Shown in pieces: positions 10,302-19,975 of a stretch of 64,000 nucleotides of DNA. How positions within the stretch are numbered: the first letter of the stretch is position 1; each line of letters begins with the position of its first letter. Origin of the DNA: Candidatus Poribacteria bacterium. GTDB taxonomy: Bacteria; Poribacteria; WGA-4E; JAJDTR01. The stretch covers positions 128,001 to 192,000 of the forward strand of contig CBDCTK010000002.1 of the NCBI GenBank assembly GCA_965222225.1, written 5' to 3'. Below the pieces are notes generated by a model. It did not search any database. It was not told the DNA's origin and saw only the letters and a program-made list of their open reading frames with translations. A program made the translations under genes and the position numbers.

Positions 10302-11168
10302 ATGGCACAACGGGATTATTATGAGGTGCTTGGCGTAAGCCGGGACGCATCTCCCGACGAAATAAAAAAAGCTTATCGCAAGCTTGCTGTCAAAAATCAT
10401 CCGGACAAAAACCCGGGGAATGCCGCGGCAGAGGAAAAGTTCAAAGAAGCCTCCAACGCTTACGAAGTTCTCTCCGATCCGAAGAAGCGCCAAATATATA
10501 ACCAGCGTGGACACGCGGGCGTTAACGACATGGGATTTCATGGGTTCACGAACATGGAGGACATTTTTTCCAATTATGGCGATATTTTCGGTCGGACCGT
10601 ATTTGGGAATTTTGGCGATGTCTTTGGGGATGTGTTCAGTCGCCAAGGTCCAGGCAAACCTCAAGCACAAGCTTCAGACATGCGTATCAAATTGACTGTT
10701 TCGTTCATGGAGGCCGTATATGGAACCGAGAAACAGGTCAATGTTCAGGGCAAAAACATCACGATCAAAATTCCGGCAGGAATAAAGGACGGGCAAACCC
10801 TTCGGCTTCAGGGACAGGGAGGTCGAGCGTTGGGTAGTCGAACATCGGGAGTACTGTTGGTGACCATCTCAGTTGAGCCCCATCCGGATTTTAAACGTGA
10901 AGGGTTAGATCTTATTACGCAGGTTGCTATTCCATTTACCCTCGCTGCTCTTGGTGGGAAGGTGCGGGTCCCAACCTTGACGGGACAAATCAACTTAACA
11001 ATACCGCACGGAAGCCAGTCGGGATCGCAATTGCGGTTGCGTGGCCAAGGGATAGTTGATTCGGCGGGGAGGAAAGGCGATTTACGGGTCTTGGTTCAGG
11101 TCGAAATTCCGAAGTCGTTAACCCAAAAACAAAGAGACTTGCTCAACGAGTTGGACAAAACGCTTTAA
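10302..11168 (+). CDS. DnaJ-class chaperone without zinc finger (CbpA/class B type)
   Basis: [16 protein letters not shown]-domain, G/F-rich region, C-terminal domain; no CxxCxGxG repeats. Confidence 0.92.
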   Translation: MAQRDYYEVLGVSRDASPDEIKKAYRKLAVKNHPDKNPGNAAAEEKFKEASNAYEVLSDPKKRQIYNQRGHAGVNDMGFHGFTNMEDIFSNYGDIFGRTVFGNFGDVFGDVFSRQGPGKPQAQASDMRIKLTVSFMEAVYGTEKQVNVQGKNITIKIPAGIKDGQTLRLQGQGGRALGSRTSGVLLVTISVEPHPDFKREGLDLITQVAIPFTLAALGGKVRVPTLTGQINLTIPHGSQSGSQLRLRGQGIVDSAGRKGDLRVLVQVEIPKSLTQKQRDLLNELDKTL

Positions 11169-11217
11169 CCCACGTAAGATTATTATCGCCCTACCAACGC
11201 AGGAGGAAGACATCAAG

Positions 11218-12405
11218 ATGCTTTCACTCTCGCAACGGAGCGAGAAAGTTGCTCCCTCGTCAACATTAGCGATTACAGCGAAGATAAATTCAATGCAGGC
11301 AGAGGGGATTGATATCGTCAAATTCGCTGCCGGAGAACCCGATTTCGACACTCCCGAATACATCAAAGATGCCGCAATTGAGTCACTGAGGAACGGATTT
11401 ACCAAGTATACGCCGGTTGCCGGTATTACAGAACTAAGAGAGGCGGTTGTCGAGAAATTCAAGAGGGACAACAATTTAGTTTACTCTCCGTCGCAGATTA
11501 TCGTTTCGTGTGGTGCCAAACACTCCATATACAATATCTTGCAGGCGATCTGCAATCCGGGAGACGAGGTTGTTTTTGCCGCACCTTATTGGGTTAGCTA
11601 TCCAGAGATGGTGAAACTAGCGGATGCCAAACCAATAGTCGTTGAGACAACCGCGGACCAAAACTTTTGCATGAAGCCGGAGCAGATTGAAAGCGTACTA
11701 TCGGATAGAACGAAGGCGATTATCATTAGTAGTCCTAGCAATCCGACCGGAACCGTCTATGACGCTGCAACACTGGCGCAAATCGGGGAGCTTGCGCTCA
11801 AGCACCAGTTCTACGTAATCTCGGACGAAATCTACGAATCGCTGCTCTATGACAATTTGAAGCACCAAAGCATCGCATCTCTTGATGAAGCCGTTCAGGA
11901 GATTACCTTCGTTGTCAACGGCGTATCGAAAGCCTATTCCATGACCGGTTGGCGTATCGGATACGCGGCAGGTCCGGAAAAAGCGATTCAAGCGATGTCG
12001 CGTATTCAATCGCACAGCACTTCCAACCCAACCTCAATCGCGCAGATTGGTGCTCTTACTGCACTAACCGCGTCACAGGAAGCGGTTGAGGAGATGCGAC
12101 GGGCATTTGAGGAGCGGCGAAACGTCATCTGTCAACGATTTGACGAAATTGAAGGCTTTACGTACGCCAAACCGCAGGGTGCCTTTTACATTTTTCCGGA
12201 TGTTTCCGCACATTATGGGCGTAACATCAACGGGAAAACCGTTAATGGATCTTTGGACATGACGGCTTACTTACTCGTCAACGCAAGGGTGGGCGTAATT
12301 CCGGGAAGTGCATCGGGTGCCGACAACCATCTTCGACTTTCTTTTGCAACATCATTGGCAGAGATAAACAGGGGTTTGGACAGAATTGAGGAAGCACTCG
12401 CCTAA
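11218..12405 (+). CDS. PLP-dependent class I aminotransferase (aspartate aminotransferase-like)
   Basis: AGEPDF, PSNPTG, SDEIYE, SKAYSMTGWRIG, GAFY. Confidence 0.93.
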   Translation: MLSLSQRSEKVAPSSTLAITAKINSMQAEGIDIVKFAAGEPDFDTPEYIKDAAIESLRNGFTKYTPVAGITELREAVVEKFKRDNNLVYSPSQIIVSCGAKHSIYNILQAICNPGDEVVFAAPYWVSYPEMVKLADAKPIVVETTADQNFCMKPEQIESVLSDRTKAIIISSPSNPTGTVYDAATLAQIGELALKHQFYVISDEIYESLLYDNLKHQSIASLDEAVQEITFVVNGVSKAYSMTGWRIGYAAGPEKAIQAMSRIQSHSTSNPTSIAQIGALTALTASQEAVEEMRRAFEERRNVICQRFDEIEGFTYAKPQGAFYIFPDVSAHYGRNINGKTVNGSLDMTAYLLVNARVGVIPGSASGADNHLRLSFATSLAEINRGLDRIEEALA

Positions 12406-12472
12406 TAACGCGCGATACAGTGGCCCAAAGAATTTCGCCGACCTGCGGCACAACAAAAATGGGAACGCATTA

Positions 12473-12988
12473 ATGACGAATTTTCTTGATTATATTCGAG
12501 ATGTACCGGATTTTCCCAAACAGGGCATCGTATTTAAAGATATTACGCCACTTCTTCAAAGTAAATCGGCATTTCGTGATGCTATTGAGGTGATGAGAGC
12601 GAACTATCAACCGAAGGAAATTGATGTGGTCGTCGGAATTGATGCGAGAGGGTTTATTATTGGCGGTGCCTTGGCGCATCAATTAGAGGTTGGTTTTGTT
12701 CCTGTCCGCAAAAGCGGAAAACTGCCGTACCACACCTACGAAGCGGAATACGATCTTGAATACGGTACTGACACGCTTGCCATCCATCAAGACGCTTTTC
12801 GCGCTGAAAGTCGTGTGTTAATCTGTGACGACGTTATTGCGACCGGTGGCACCATTGCCGCCACCATCGAACTCGTCGAGAAACTTGGCGGACATGTTGC
12901 CGGAATCGGGGTTCTTATTGAGCTAACCATTCTCAACGGGCGCGAAAAATTCGGAGACCACGAGCTTTTTTCTCTAATTGAATTTTGA
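12473..12988 (+). CDS. apt: Adenine phosphoribosyltransferase
   Basis: IRDVPDFPKQGIVFKDITPLL, ARGF, RKSGKLP, YDLEYG, DDVIATGGT. Confidence 0.96.
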   Translation: MTNFLDYIRDVPDFPKQGIVFKDITPLLQSKSAFRDAIEVMRANYQPKEIDVVVGIDARGFIIGGALAHQLEVGFVPVRKSGKLPYHTYEAEYDLEYGTDTLAIHQDAFRAESRVLICDDVIATGGTIAATIELVEKLGGHVAGIGVLIELTILNGREKFGDHELFSLIEF

Positions 12989-13227
12989 CAGTGGGTATGC
13001 TATACTAAACCTTACCTTGGTTGTATTTCAGCTAGGAAAATAGGAACATACAGCTTTTTCATTGTGGGAAGCCCCGGTTATGAATATAGCTTATCAATAA
13101 AGTTTCAGAAGACTCAGCCACACGAATATAGAATCGGCTCGACTCCTCATCTGATGCGCTAAATGAGGGATTTTCACGTACAGACCCGGTTTGGCGCTAT
13201 TTGGCGCTAACGGTGATAAAACACGAT

Positions 13228-13300
13228 GCGCCTGTAGCTCAGGGGATAGAGCAGAGGCTTCCTAAGCCTCGTGCCGGGGGTTCGAATCCTCCCAGGCGCA
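13228..13300 (+). tRNA. tRNA-Arg(CCT)
   Basis: Acceptor GCGCCTG/CAGGCGC, D arm GCTC..GAGC, anticodon arm GAGGC-TTCCTAA-GCCTC, T loop GTTCGAATC; CCA not encoded. Confidence 0.96.
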
Positions 13301-13324
13301 TCATCCATTTTCTAGGAGAAATTG

Positions 13325-15289
13325 ATGTACCAACTCAGTATATGGAAACTTGCTTTAATCATTGTGATACTTCTATTTGCAGTACTGTACCTGATTCCTA
13401 CCCCCGACTACTTTTTTAATCCGCTCTATGGAAATCTCCCTCTCTGGATGCAGGAAAGGTTACCCAAGTTTGAAACGACTGACGAAAACAGCTTGAAGGT
13501 CAGCTTGAATGACGTTCAATTTCCCGAAGGAATCAACTTTCATGATGCCAAGACGGAGTTAAAGGGTGTTTTACGTGTACATCTGGGTAAACGTGGGTTT
13601 GCAGAAGAAACGGATTACGAGTTCGTCGATCCAGAGTCATCCGATTTCATTGTCAAATTCGCTCAGGAAAAAAGCGCCGCCGATCTCCAAGCGGTTCTCG
13701 AAGATTTGCATCTCTACGGAAGCCTGCCAACAGTTGTGCGCAAATTGATCCCTAGCAATCGGCTAAAACTAGGACTCGATCTCAAGGGTGGAGTTCGTCT
13801 TGTTCTTGAAGTCGATCCGGAAAAAACCAAGGCGGAATTTCTAAAGGAGCGCGCCTCTTCCATCCCGGAGCGGCTAAGGGCTGATGACATACTGTGCAAG
13901 AAAGTGGACGTTGTCGCCGAACAGGAATCGCTGAATGTATTCATTCTCGTCAAGAAGAAATACAGAGCTGAAGCTGAACAAAAAACGGAATACCTGAATA
14001 AAGCCCGGGAACTGCTCAATGAATTGGAATATTTTGATAATGCGACGGAGATTTCTGCCACCGATACCCAGGTCGTCTACGAAATGCACCTTAGCAAGGA
14101 TGGAATTGAGAAATACAGTGAGGGTGCGATTGAGCAGGTGTTAATCGTTCTAAGGAACCGTGTTGATGCGTTTGGTGTCGCCGAGCCTTCAATCCGACGC
14201 GAAGCTAACAGGCCACGAATTATTGTTGAACTGCCCGGTGCTAAGGACTCCTCCAAACCCCTCCAGATTGTCAAGACAATGGGCAGGTTAGAGTTCAAAC
14301 TTGTCCAGAAAAACCCAAACGGCGGCATCTACTGGTCAGGCTCTGCTGATTCTCAACCGCCTGAAGATATTCCTGAAGGCACAGAGATACACCGCCATCA
14401 CGATGATGGAACTGCCCAAGCGAATAGCTGGTACGTGTTGCAGAGCCCGGTTCTGCTTACCGGCGATCGGATAACGGGTGCGGGACCAAGTCAAGGAGCG
14501 ACGAGTTTCGAAATTGCCGTGTCCATGAGTTTTGACTCGGCAGGACGACGCAAATTTGCCGAAGTCACGAGCAATCATGTTAATGAAGCCTTGGCAATTC
14601 TGCTAGATGGAAGAGTGCAATCGGCGCCTCGGATTGAGGAACCGATTGTTGGCGGACAAGCACGTATCACCGGGGACTTCACTTTTGAGGAAGCCAACTA
14701 TTTGTCGAATATTCTCAAGTCGGGCGCTTTTCCGGTGGGCGTGAGGATTGCTGAAGAACGCACGGTAGGTCCTACGCTTGGACAGGAGTCGATTGACAAC
14801 GGTATCAGGGCGGCACTTATTGGCATGGGAGGTGTAATTATATTCATGTTGATCTACTACAAACTTTCCGGATTGGTCGCCATCAGTGCCTTAATTTGCA
14901 ATATGGCAATCCTTCTGGGAGCACTCGCAGGCTTCGGTGCAGCATTGACATTGCCGGGCATCGCAGGCCTCCTTTTGACGATTGGAATGTCCGTTGACGC
15001 CAATGTGCTAATCTTCGAACGCATCCGCGAAGAATTGCGTACGGGAAAGAACGTATGGTCGGCAATTGTCAGCGGTTATCAAAGAGCATTCTTGACAATC
15101 GTTGACGCAAATCTTACCACGTTTTTCACGGCACTAGTACTCTACCAGTTTGGGACGGGCCCCATTAAGGGATTCGCGATTACCCTCGGAATTGGCATAT
15201 TGGCTAGTATGTTCACGGCGATTGTTGTTACTCGCGAAATCTACGGGTGGGTCATCGGCCAACGCAGCATTGAGAAACTCAGCATTTAG
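13325..15289 (+). CDS. secD: Protein translocase subunit SecD
   Basis: LKLGLDLKGG, RVDAFGVAEP, RIIVELPG, VGPTLG, LTLPGIAG, VDANVLIFERIREE. Confidence 0.96.
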   Translation: MYQLSIWKLALIIVILLFAVLYLIPTPDYFFNPLYGNLPLWMQERLPKFETTDENSLKVSLNDVQFPEGINFHDAKTELKGVLRVHLGKRGFAEETDYEFVDPESSDFIVKFAQEKSAADLQAVLEDLHLYGSLPTVVRKLIPSNRLKLGLDLKGGVRLVLEVDPEKTKAEFLKERASSIPERLRADDILCKKVDVVAEQESLNVFILVKKKYRAEAEQKTEYLNKARELLNELEYFDNATEISATDTQVVYEMHLSKDGIEKYSEGAIEQVLIVLRNRVDAFGVAEPSIRREANRPRIIVELPGAKDSSKPLQIVKTMGRLEFKLVQKNPNGGIYWSGSADSQPPEDIPEGTEIHRHHDDGTAQANSWYVLQSPVLLTGDRITGAGPSQGATSFEIAVSMSFDSAGRRKFAEVTSNHVNEALAILLDGRVQSAPRIEEPIVGGQARITGDFTFEEANYLSNILKSGAFPVGVRIAEERTVGPTLGQESIDNGIRAALIGMGGVIIFMLIYYKLSGLVAISALICNMAILLGALAGFGAALTLPGIAGLLLTIGMSVDANVLIFERIREELRTGKNVWSAIVSGYQRAFLTIVDANLTTFFTALVLYQFGTGPIKGFAITLGIGILASMFTAIVVTREIYGWVIGQRSIEKLSI

Positions 15290-15305
15290 AAAAGGAGACG
15301 TTGAG

Positions 15306-16220
15306 TTGGAATTACTTAGAAACGCAAATTTTGATTTTATCGGCAATTACCGAACAGGATTTATTCTATCGGGTATCGTGATTGTTATAGGTTTGATTTT
15401 TCTTGGCAAGGACGGAGGACCGAATTTTGGTATTGATTTCCGCGGCGGGGTCAAAATTCAAGCCAAATTCAACCGGGCGGTGACAGAAAAAGAGCTTACG
15501 GATAAACTAGAATCGCTTGGGTTCGGCGGAGCCAAAACGCAGGTCAATTCGGAAAAGCAGGAAGCCGCAATCTCACTTGGATACAGCGGCGACTTTGAAG
15601 CGCAAGCGGGCAGGAAAATCTCTGATGGGCTGATTGAGGGAAATGCAGATTGGCATGCACTGCCTCAAGGGGTGAACGTTTCGGCTGTTGGGCCCAGCGT
15701 TGGCAAAGATTTGAAATGGGCAGCATTGTGGTCCGTCCTCTCGGCCATCGCAATTCTCCTTGCCTACATATCGTGGCGTTTTGAATTCCGCTTCGCAATT
15801 GGCGCTATTGCCGCACTAATTCATGATGTCCTAATTACCTTGGGAGTATTTGCCGTATTTTCCAAAGAGATTAACCTTCCGACAGTCGCCGCGTTTCTTA
15901 CAATTATCGGATACTCCCTCAACGACACGATTGTTGTGTTTGACCGCATCCGCGAAAACACGCGAATGCTTAAAGGGATTGAATACAGTGAGACGCTCAA
16001 CCGAAGTATTAACCAATCTCTTAGCCGCACAGTAATTACCTCTTTAACGACCTTCTTCGTTGTGCTTGTTATTTTCTTCCTATCAAGCTCGGGCGAGGAG
16101 ATTAACACTTTTGCGTTAGCTCTCATCGTTGGTGTCATTATCGGCACCTATTCGTCCATTTTCGTTGCAAGCCCAATTCTGCATCTGTGGAATCTGAAAG
16201 CCAGACAGAACGCCGCGTAG
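15306..16220 (+). CDS. secF: Protein translocase subunit SecF
   Basis: FGIDFRGG, VGPSVG, HDVLIT, GYSLNDTIVVFDRIRE, GTYSSIF; TTG start after AGGAG. Confidence 0.95.
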   Translation: MELLRNANFDFIGNYRTGFILSGIVIVIGLIFLGKDGGPNFGIDFRGGVKIQAKFNRAVTEKELTDKLESLGFGGAKTQVNSEKQEAAISLGYSGDFEAQAGRKISDGLIEGNADWHALPQGVNVSAVGPSVGKDLKWAALWSVLSAIAILLAYISWRFEFRFAIGAIAALIHDVLITLGVFAVFSKEINLPTVAAFLTIIGYSLNDTIVVFDRIRENTRMLKGIEYSETLNRSINQSLSRTVITSLTTFFVVLVIFFLSSSGEEINTFALALIVGVIIGTYSSIFVASPILHLWNLKARQNAA

Positions 16221-16547
16221 ACATGTTGGCGCTTGTTCCGATTCGGTTTCGGCAATCGGATGATATTAATTTGTCCAAGTTCGATTTCCATTCTCGCGAA
16301 GTGATGGAATATACCAGACAGAAAGAGGGAGTTTTGTTTACAGGATTCATTTAGAAAAAAGACTATCATCATCGCCTATCTCCGATGCCTGTAGTGGAGT
16401 AGTAGATATATGTTGCATATGCCAAATCTTCAAATTTGGCATGTTGGGACATTCGGAACGCCAACCCCATCCCCTCACTGCGTCAAAAACACTAACCGTA
16501 TCAATACCGAAATTAGATAATCTAGCCAACACTCTGATTGAATAGCT

Positions 16548-17336
16548 ATGGGCATCCCTTGGTGGCTATTTCTCTTGACGGGAAGCCTCCTCATCCTAGT
16601 TGTCCTTGTCTTAACAGTTGGGGTGATTAGGCGACGGCAAGGGCGTCGACCAACGCTACCTAGCGAAACATCTTCCGACCAATTTGATGCGCATGCCCGA
16701 GAATTGGTACATGAAATACGGAATCCGCTCAATAGTGTCAGCCTGAATCTTCAACTGATAGAAGAAGATTTGTCTGCAGTCGAAATTCAGGAAGCGGACG
16801 AAGTGCTGAATCGGATACGACGCATTCGCTCTGAAATTGAGCGCTTAAATCAAATTCTGACCGATTATCGGCGTTTTACCGGGCTTCCGCCCCTCTCTTT
16901 ACGGCAGAGTAACCTTGGCGCGTTAATTGAGGAGGTTCTGGAATTCACTGAACCGGAAGCGCAAAGCCGGAATATCAAGGTCGTCCGCGAGATTCAAGAA
17001 CTTCCTTCAATCGAACTTGATCCGGAGCAGTTTAAACAAGCGTTATGGAACCTAATCATAAACGCAACTCAAGCGATGGAAAATGGGGGTACATTGACTG
17101 TACGGGCGTCAGCTTTGAACGACAATATCCAGATTGATGTACAGGATACGGGGGAGGGCATCTCTCCAGATATTGCAGTTAGGATTTTCGATCTCTTTTT
17201 CCACACGAAGGAAAACGGCACGGGCGTTGGTCTAGCAATTGTAAAGAGAGTCATAGAAGGTCACGGTGGCAGGCTTAGCGCAACTAACCAACCGAATCAA
17301 GGTGCTACATTTTCGATTGAGCTGCCCATCCGTTGA
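16548..17336 (+). CDS. Minimal membrane-anchored histidine kinase
   Basis: One N-terminal TM; HEIRNPL H-box, NLIINA, DTGEGI, GTGVGL. Confidence 0.9.
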   Translation: MGIPWWLFLLTGSLLILVVLVLTVGVIRRRQGRRPTLPSETSSDQFDAHARELVHEIRNPLNSVSLNLQLIEEDLSAVEIQEADEVLNRIRRIRSEIERLNQILTDYRRFTGLPPLSLRQSNLGALIEEVLEFTEPEAQSRNIKVVREIQELPSIELDPEQFKQALWNLIINATQAMENGGTLTVRASALNDNIQIDVQDTGEGISPDIAVRIFDLFFHTKENGTGVGLAIVKRVIEGHGGRLSATNQPNQGATFSIELPIR

Positions 17337-17585
17337 CAATGAAATCTGCGCCATTCCGGTAACAGAATCAACCCTCAATAAACGTGTAACCTAATCTGGT
17401 TACAGCAGTGATTTATACAAAAATAATCGCTAACCACCCGAAGACCTCCTCCAATTAGGCATAACTTTCACGTGTTGGCAATGAAGCGCTTAGACGCGGA
17501 ATTGTCGGTTAGCGAAGTTTCGGATATTGAACAGCGTGAAGCCAGAACGTCGTAGGAACCGTGAAAACACGGAGCGAGAGCTGAA

Positions 17586-18983
17586 TTGAATCCCAGAATA
17601 CTCATTGTAGACGATGATTCATCAGGTCTTGAAGCCACCGCCGAAGTTCTGAAGCGAGAAGGGTACGACATCTTTACAGCGACGGGAGGGCGTGCCGCGC
17701 TTGAGATTCTGGACGCGGAAAGCATTGATGTTGTAATCACTGACGAAAAGATGCCGGACATGAGCGGCATTGAGTTGTTGAAGTATATTCATACCAATCA
17801 TCCCTATGCACCGGTCATTCTGCTTACCGCCTATGGCAGTGTCCCTAGCGCTGTCGAAGCCATCCAAACCGGTGCTGTCTCTTATCTTGAGAAACCGATC
17901 AGAATAGAATTGCTACGCCACGAGGTCAAGAATGCGTTAGAGAAGCGTACCCTGTATCTACAAAATGTTAACCTTCGGGTACAGCTTGATGGTAAATTCG
18001 GATTTGCGAACATCATTGGTACTTCAAAACCGATGCAGGAGCTTTTTGGCATAATCCGGCGCATTGCCCCGACGAATGTAACCGTCCTGATTACGGGTGA
18101 AAACGGTGTAGGAAAAGAACTCATCGCGAAAGCTGTTCACAATCACAGTCGGCGCAAAGACAAATTGTTCAGGGACCTTAACTGTGGCGCAATCCCCCGG
18201 GAGTTGATTGACGGCGAGTTTTTTGGTCATGAAAAGGGCGCCTTTACCGGTGCGGTTGCGCGGAGGTTGGGTGTATTCGAGCAAGCAGATGGCGGAACCC
18301 TGTTTCTAGATGAGATTGGTGAAATGACACGCGAAACGCAGGTGAGATTTCTCCGTGTCTTGGAGACGCAAGAATTCAGGCGCCTAGGTGGCGACAAGAA
18401 TATCCGAGTTGATGTTCGAATTATCGCCGCGTCGAATAAAGATTTAAATGCGGCAGTAAGAAACGGATCGTTTCGCGAGGATCTCTTCCATCGAATCAAC
18501 CGGTTCCCGCTACGCGTGCCGCCTCTCCGAGAGCGACGCGAGGATCTTCCGTTGCTTGCCAGTCAATTCCTTCGAGAATTTAGCAAGGAGCACGAACTGC
18601 CTGTGACGGACATCTCCCCCGACGCAATGAATCGTCTTAAATATGCGGATTGGTCCGGCAATGTGCGTCAATTGCGGAATGTTATTGAAACAGCGGTAAT
18701 CTTATCCACAACTGGAGCAATTCAACTCTGGGATCTTCCACCGGAAATCCAGGCGGGCCCCCCTGCTCTTCTTCCGGCGTCGAGTGAGACTGATGGCATA
18801 GTTGGAAGGGTTGGGATGACTATGGGCGAGATTGAAAAGGAGGCTATACACAAGACCTTGGCGGACACGGGAGGGAATAAGACTCAAGCCGCGAAGATTC
18901 TCAAGATGGGTTTACGCACACTGCATCGCAAAGTGCAAACCTACGGACTAGAAAATAAGGAAGATTGGCATGATGAGGCGTGA
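17586..18983 (+). CDS. NtrC/AtoC-family sigma54 response regulator
   Basis: ILIVDDD, DEKMP, GENGVGKE, GAFTGA, FLDEIGE, HTH; TTG start. Confidence 0.94.
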   Translation: MNPRILIVDDDSSGLEATAEVLKREGYDIFTATGGRAALEILDAESIDVVITDEKMPDMSGIELLKYIHTNHPYAPVILLTAYGSVPSAVEAIQTGAVSYLEKPIRIELLRHEVKNALEKRTLYLQNVNLRVQLDGKFGFANIIGTSKPMQELFGIIRRIAPTNVTVLITGENGVGKELIAKAVHNHSRRKDKLFRDLNCGAIPRELIDGEFFGHEKGAFTGAVARRLGVFEQADGGTLFLDEIGEMTRETQVRFLRVLETQEFRRLGGDKNIRVDVRIIAASNKDLNAAVRNGSFREDLFHRINRFPLRVPPLRERREDLPLLASQFLREFSKEHELPVTDISPDAMNRLKYADWSGNVRQLRNVIETAVILSTTGAIQLWDLPPEIQAGPPALLPASSETDGIVGRVGMTMGEIEKEAIHKTLADTGGNKTQAAKILKMGLRTLHRKVQTYGLENKEDWHDEA

Positions 18984-19088
18984 CATCGCCATTAATGTCG
19001 CGGTCAATCAACGATGCACTTAAGCACGCCAGCGGATTTGTGTCAGCAAACTTGTGTGAAAGGTGCATGACGCGAGGAGTGAAGTATT

Positions 19089-19823
19089 GTGACGGATAGG
19101 ATTCTGATAACCGATGAAATGGTGATGAAGCACCATAACGAAGGGTATTTCACAGTTGAAGGTTTGTTCTCAAGCGATGAGGTAGAAGGCGTGCGGCGAG
19201 AGATTACCAATATTGTTGAAGACTATCCGCCTATGGAGAGGGAGCTCGTGCAAATTGAACCCACCGTGACAGAAGGAAAGGACACACCCGAATCCACGGA
19301 ACTAGGTGTCCGCAAACTAGCGAAGATTGCGGTAAGAAATGATTTCTTTCGCAATCTAGCTTTTCATCAGGGAATGGTGGAGATTGCAACGAGGCTATTG
19401 GGCCCGGATGTTTATCTATTCCAAAGCATGTCCTTACTGAAGCCGCCGCGAATCGGCGGCGCGAAGATGTGGCATCAGGACAATGCCTACTTTCGCCAAA
19501 CCCCGAGCGATGTGGTTGGGTTTTGGGTTGCCTGTGATGACACGACGGTCGAGAACGGTTGTATGCACGTCATACCCGGATCGCACATTAGCGGAACTAA
19601 GGAACACGGCATGGTGGACAACGATTATGTCCTACTTAATCAGCCATCGACTGAAAACGCGGCGCCAATTTCTCTTGAGACAGGTGATGCGCTTATTTTT
19701 CACGGTGAAATCTGCCATCACACTCCGCCAAGTAAAACCGATAAACGTCGGCGCGCGATTCAATATCACTATTCTTCTGCTAAGTGTCAGCGAACTAACG
19801 ACCAAACTCCGGATTTTATTTAA
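19089..19823 (+). CDS. PhyH-family Fe(II)/2-oxoglutarate dioxygenase
   Basis: WHQDNAY (HxD), ENGCMHVIPGSH, distal H, RRAIQYHY. Confidence 0.9.
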   Translation: MTDRILITDEMVMKHHNEGYFTVEGLFSSDEVEGVRREITNIVEDYPPMERELVQIEPTVTEGKDTPESTELGVRKLAKIAVRNDFFRNLAFHQGMVEIATRLLGPDVYLFQSMSLLKPPRIGGAKMWHQDNAYFRQTPSDVVGFWVACDDTTVENGCMHVIPGSHISGTKEHGMVDNDYVLLNQPSTENAAPISLETGDALIFHGEICHHTPPSKTDKRRRAIQYHYSSAKCQRTNDQTPDFI

Positions 19824-19975
19824 CCGGAAATCCTGGTGGTTGCCGGGAACTAGCCGGGAACTACTAGAATTATTCACGCAGCAGTGCGTTACGCCGGAAT
19901 CCTAGGCGTCTATGACCTGAGTTTGCGTTCTGAACGTTGGTTACAGTGGAGAATCTCGACAATCTCCCAGATTGT

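Noticed and set aside
13201-13419. 72-aa ORF
   Set aside because: Overlaps the tRNA-Arg gene and the secD start; shadow ORF.
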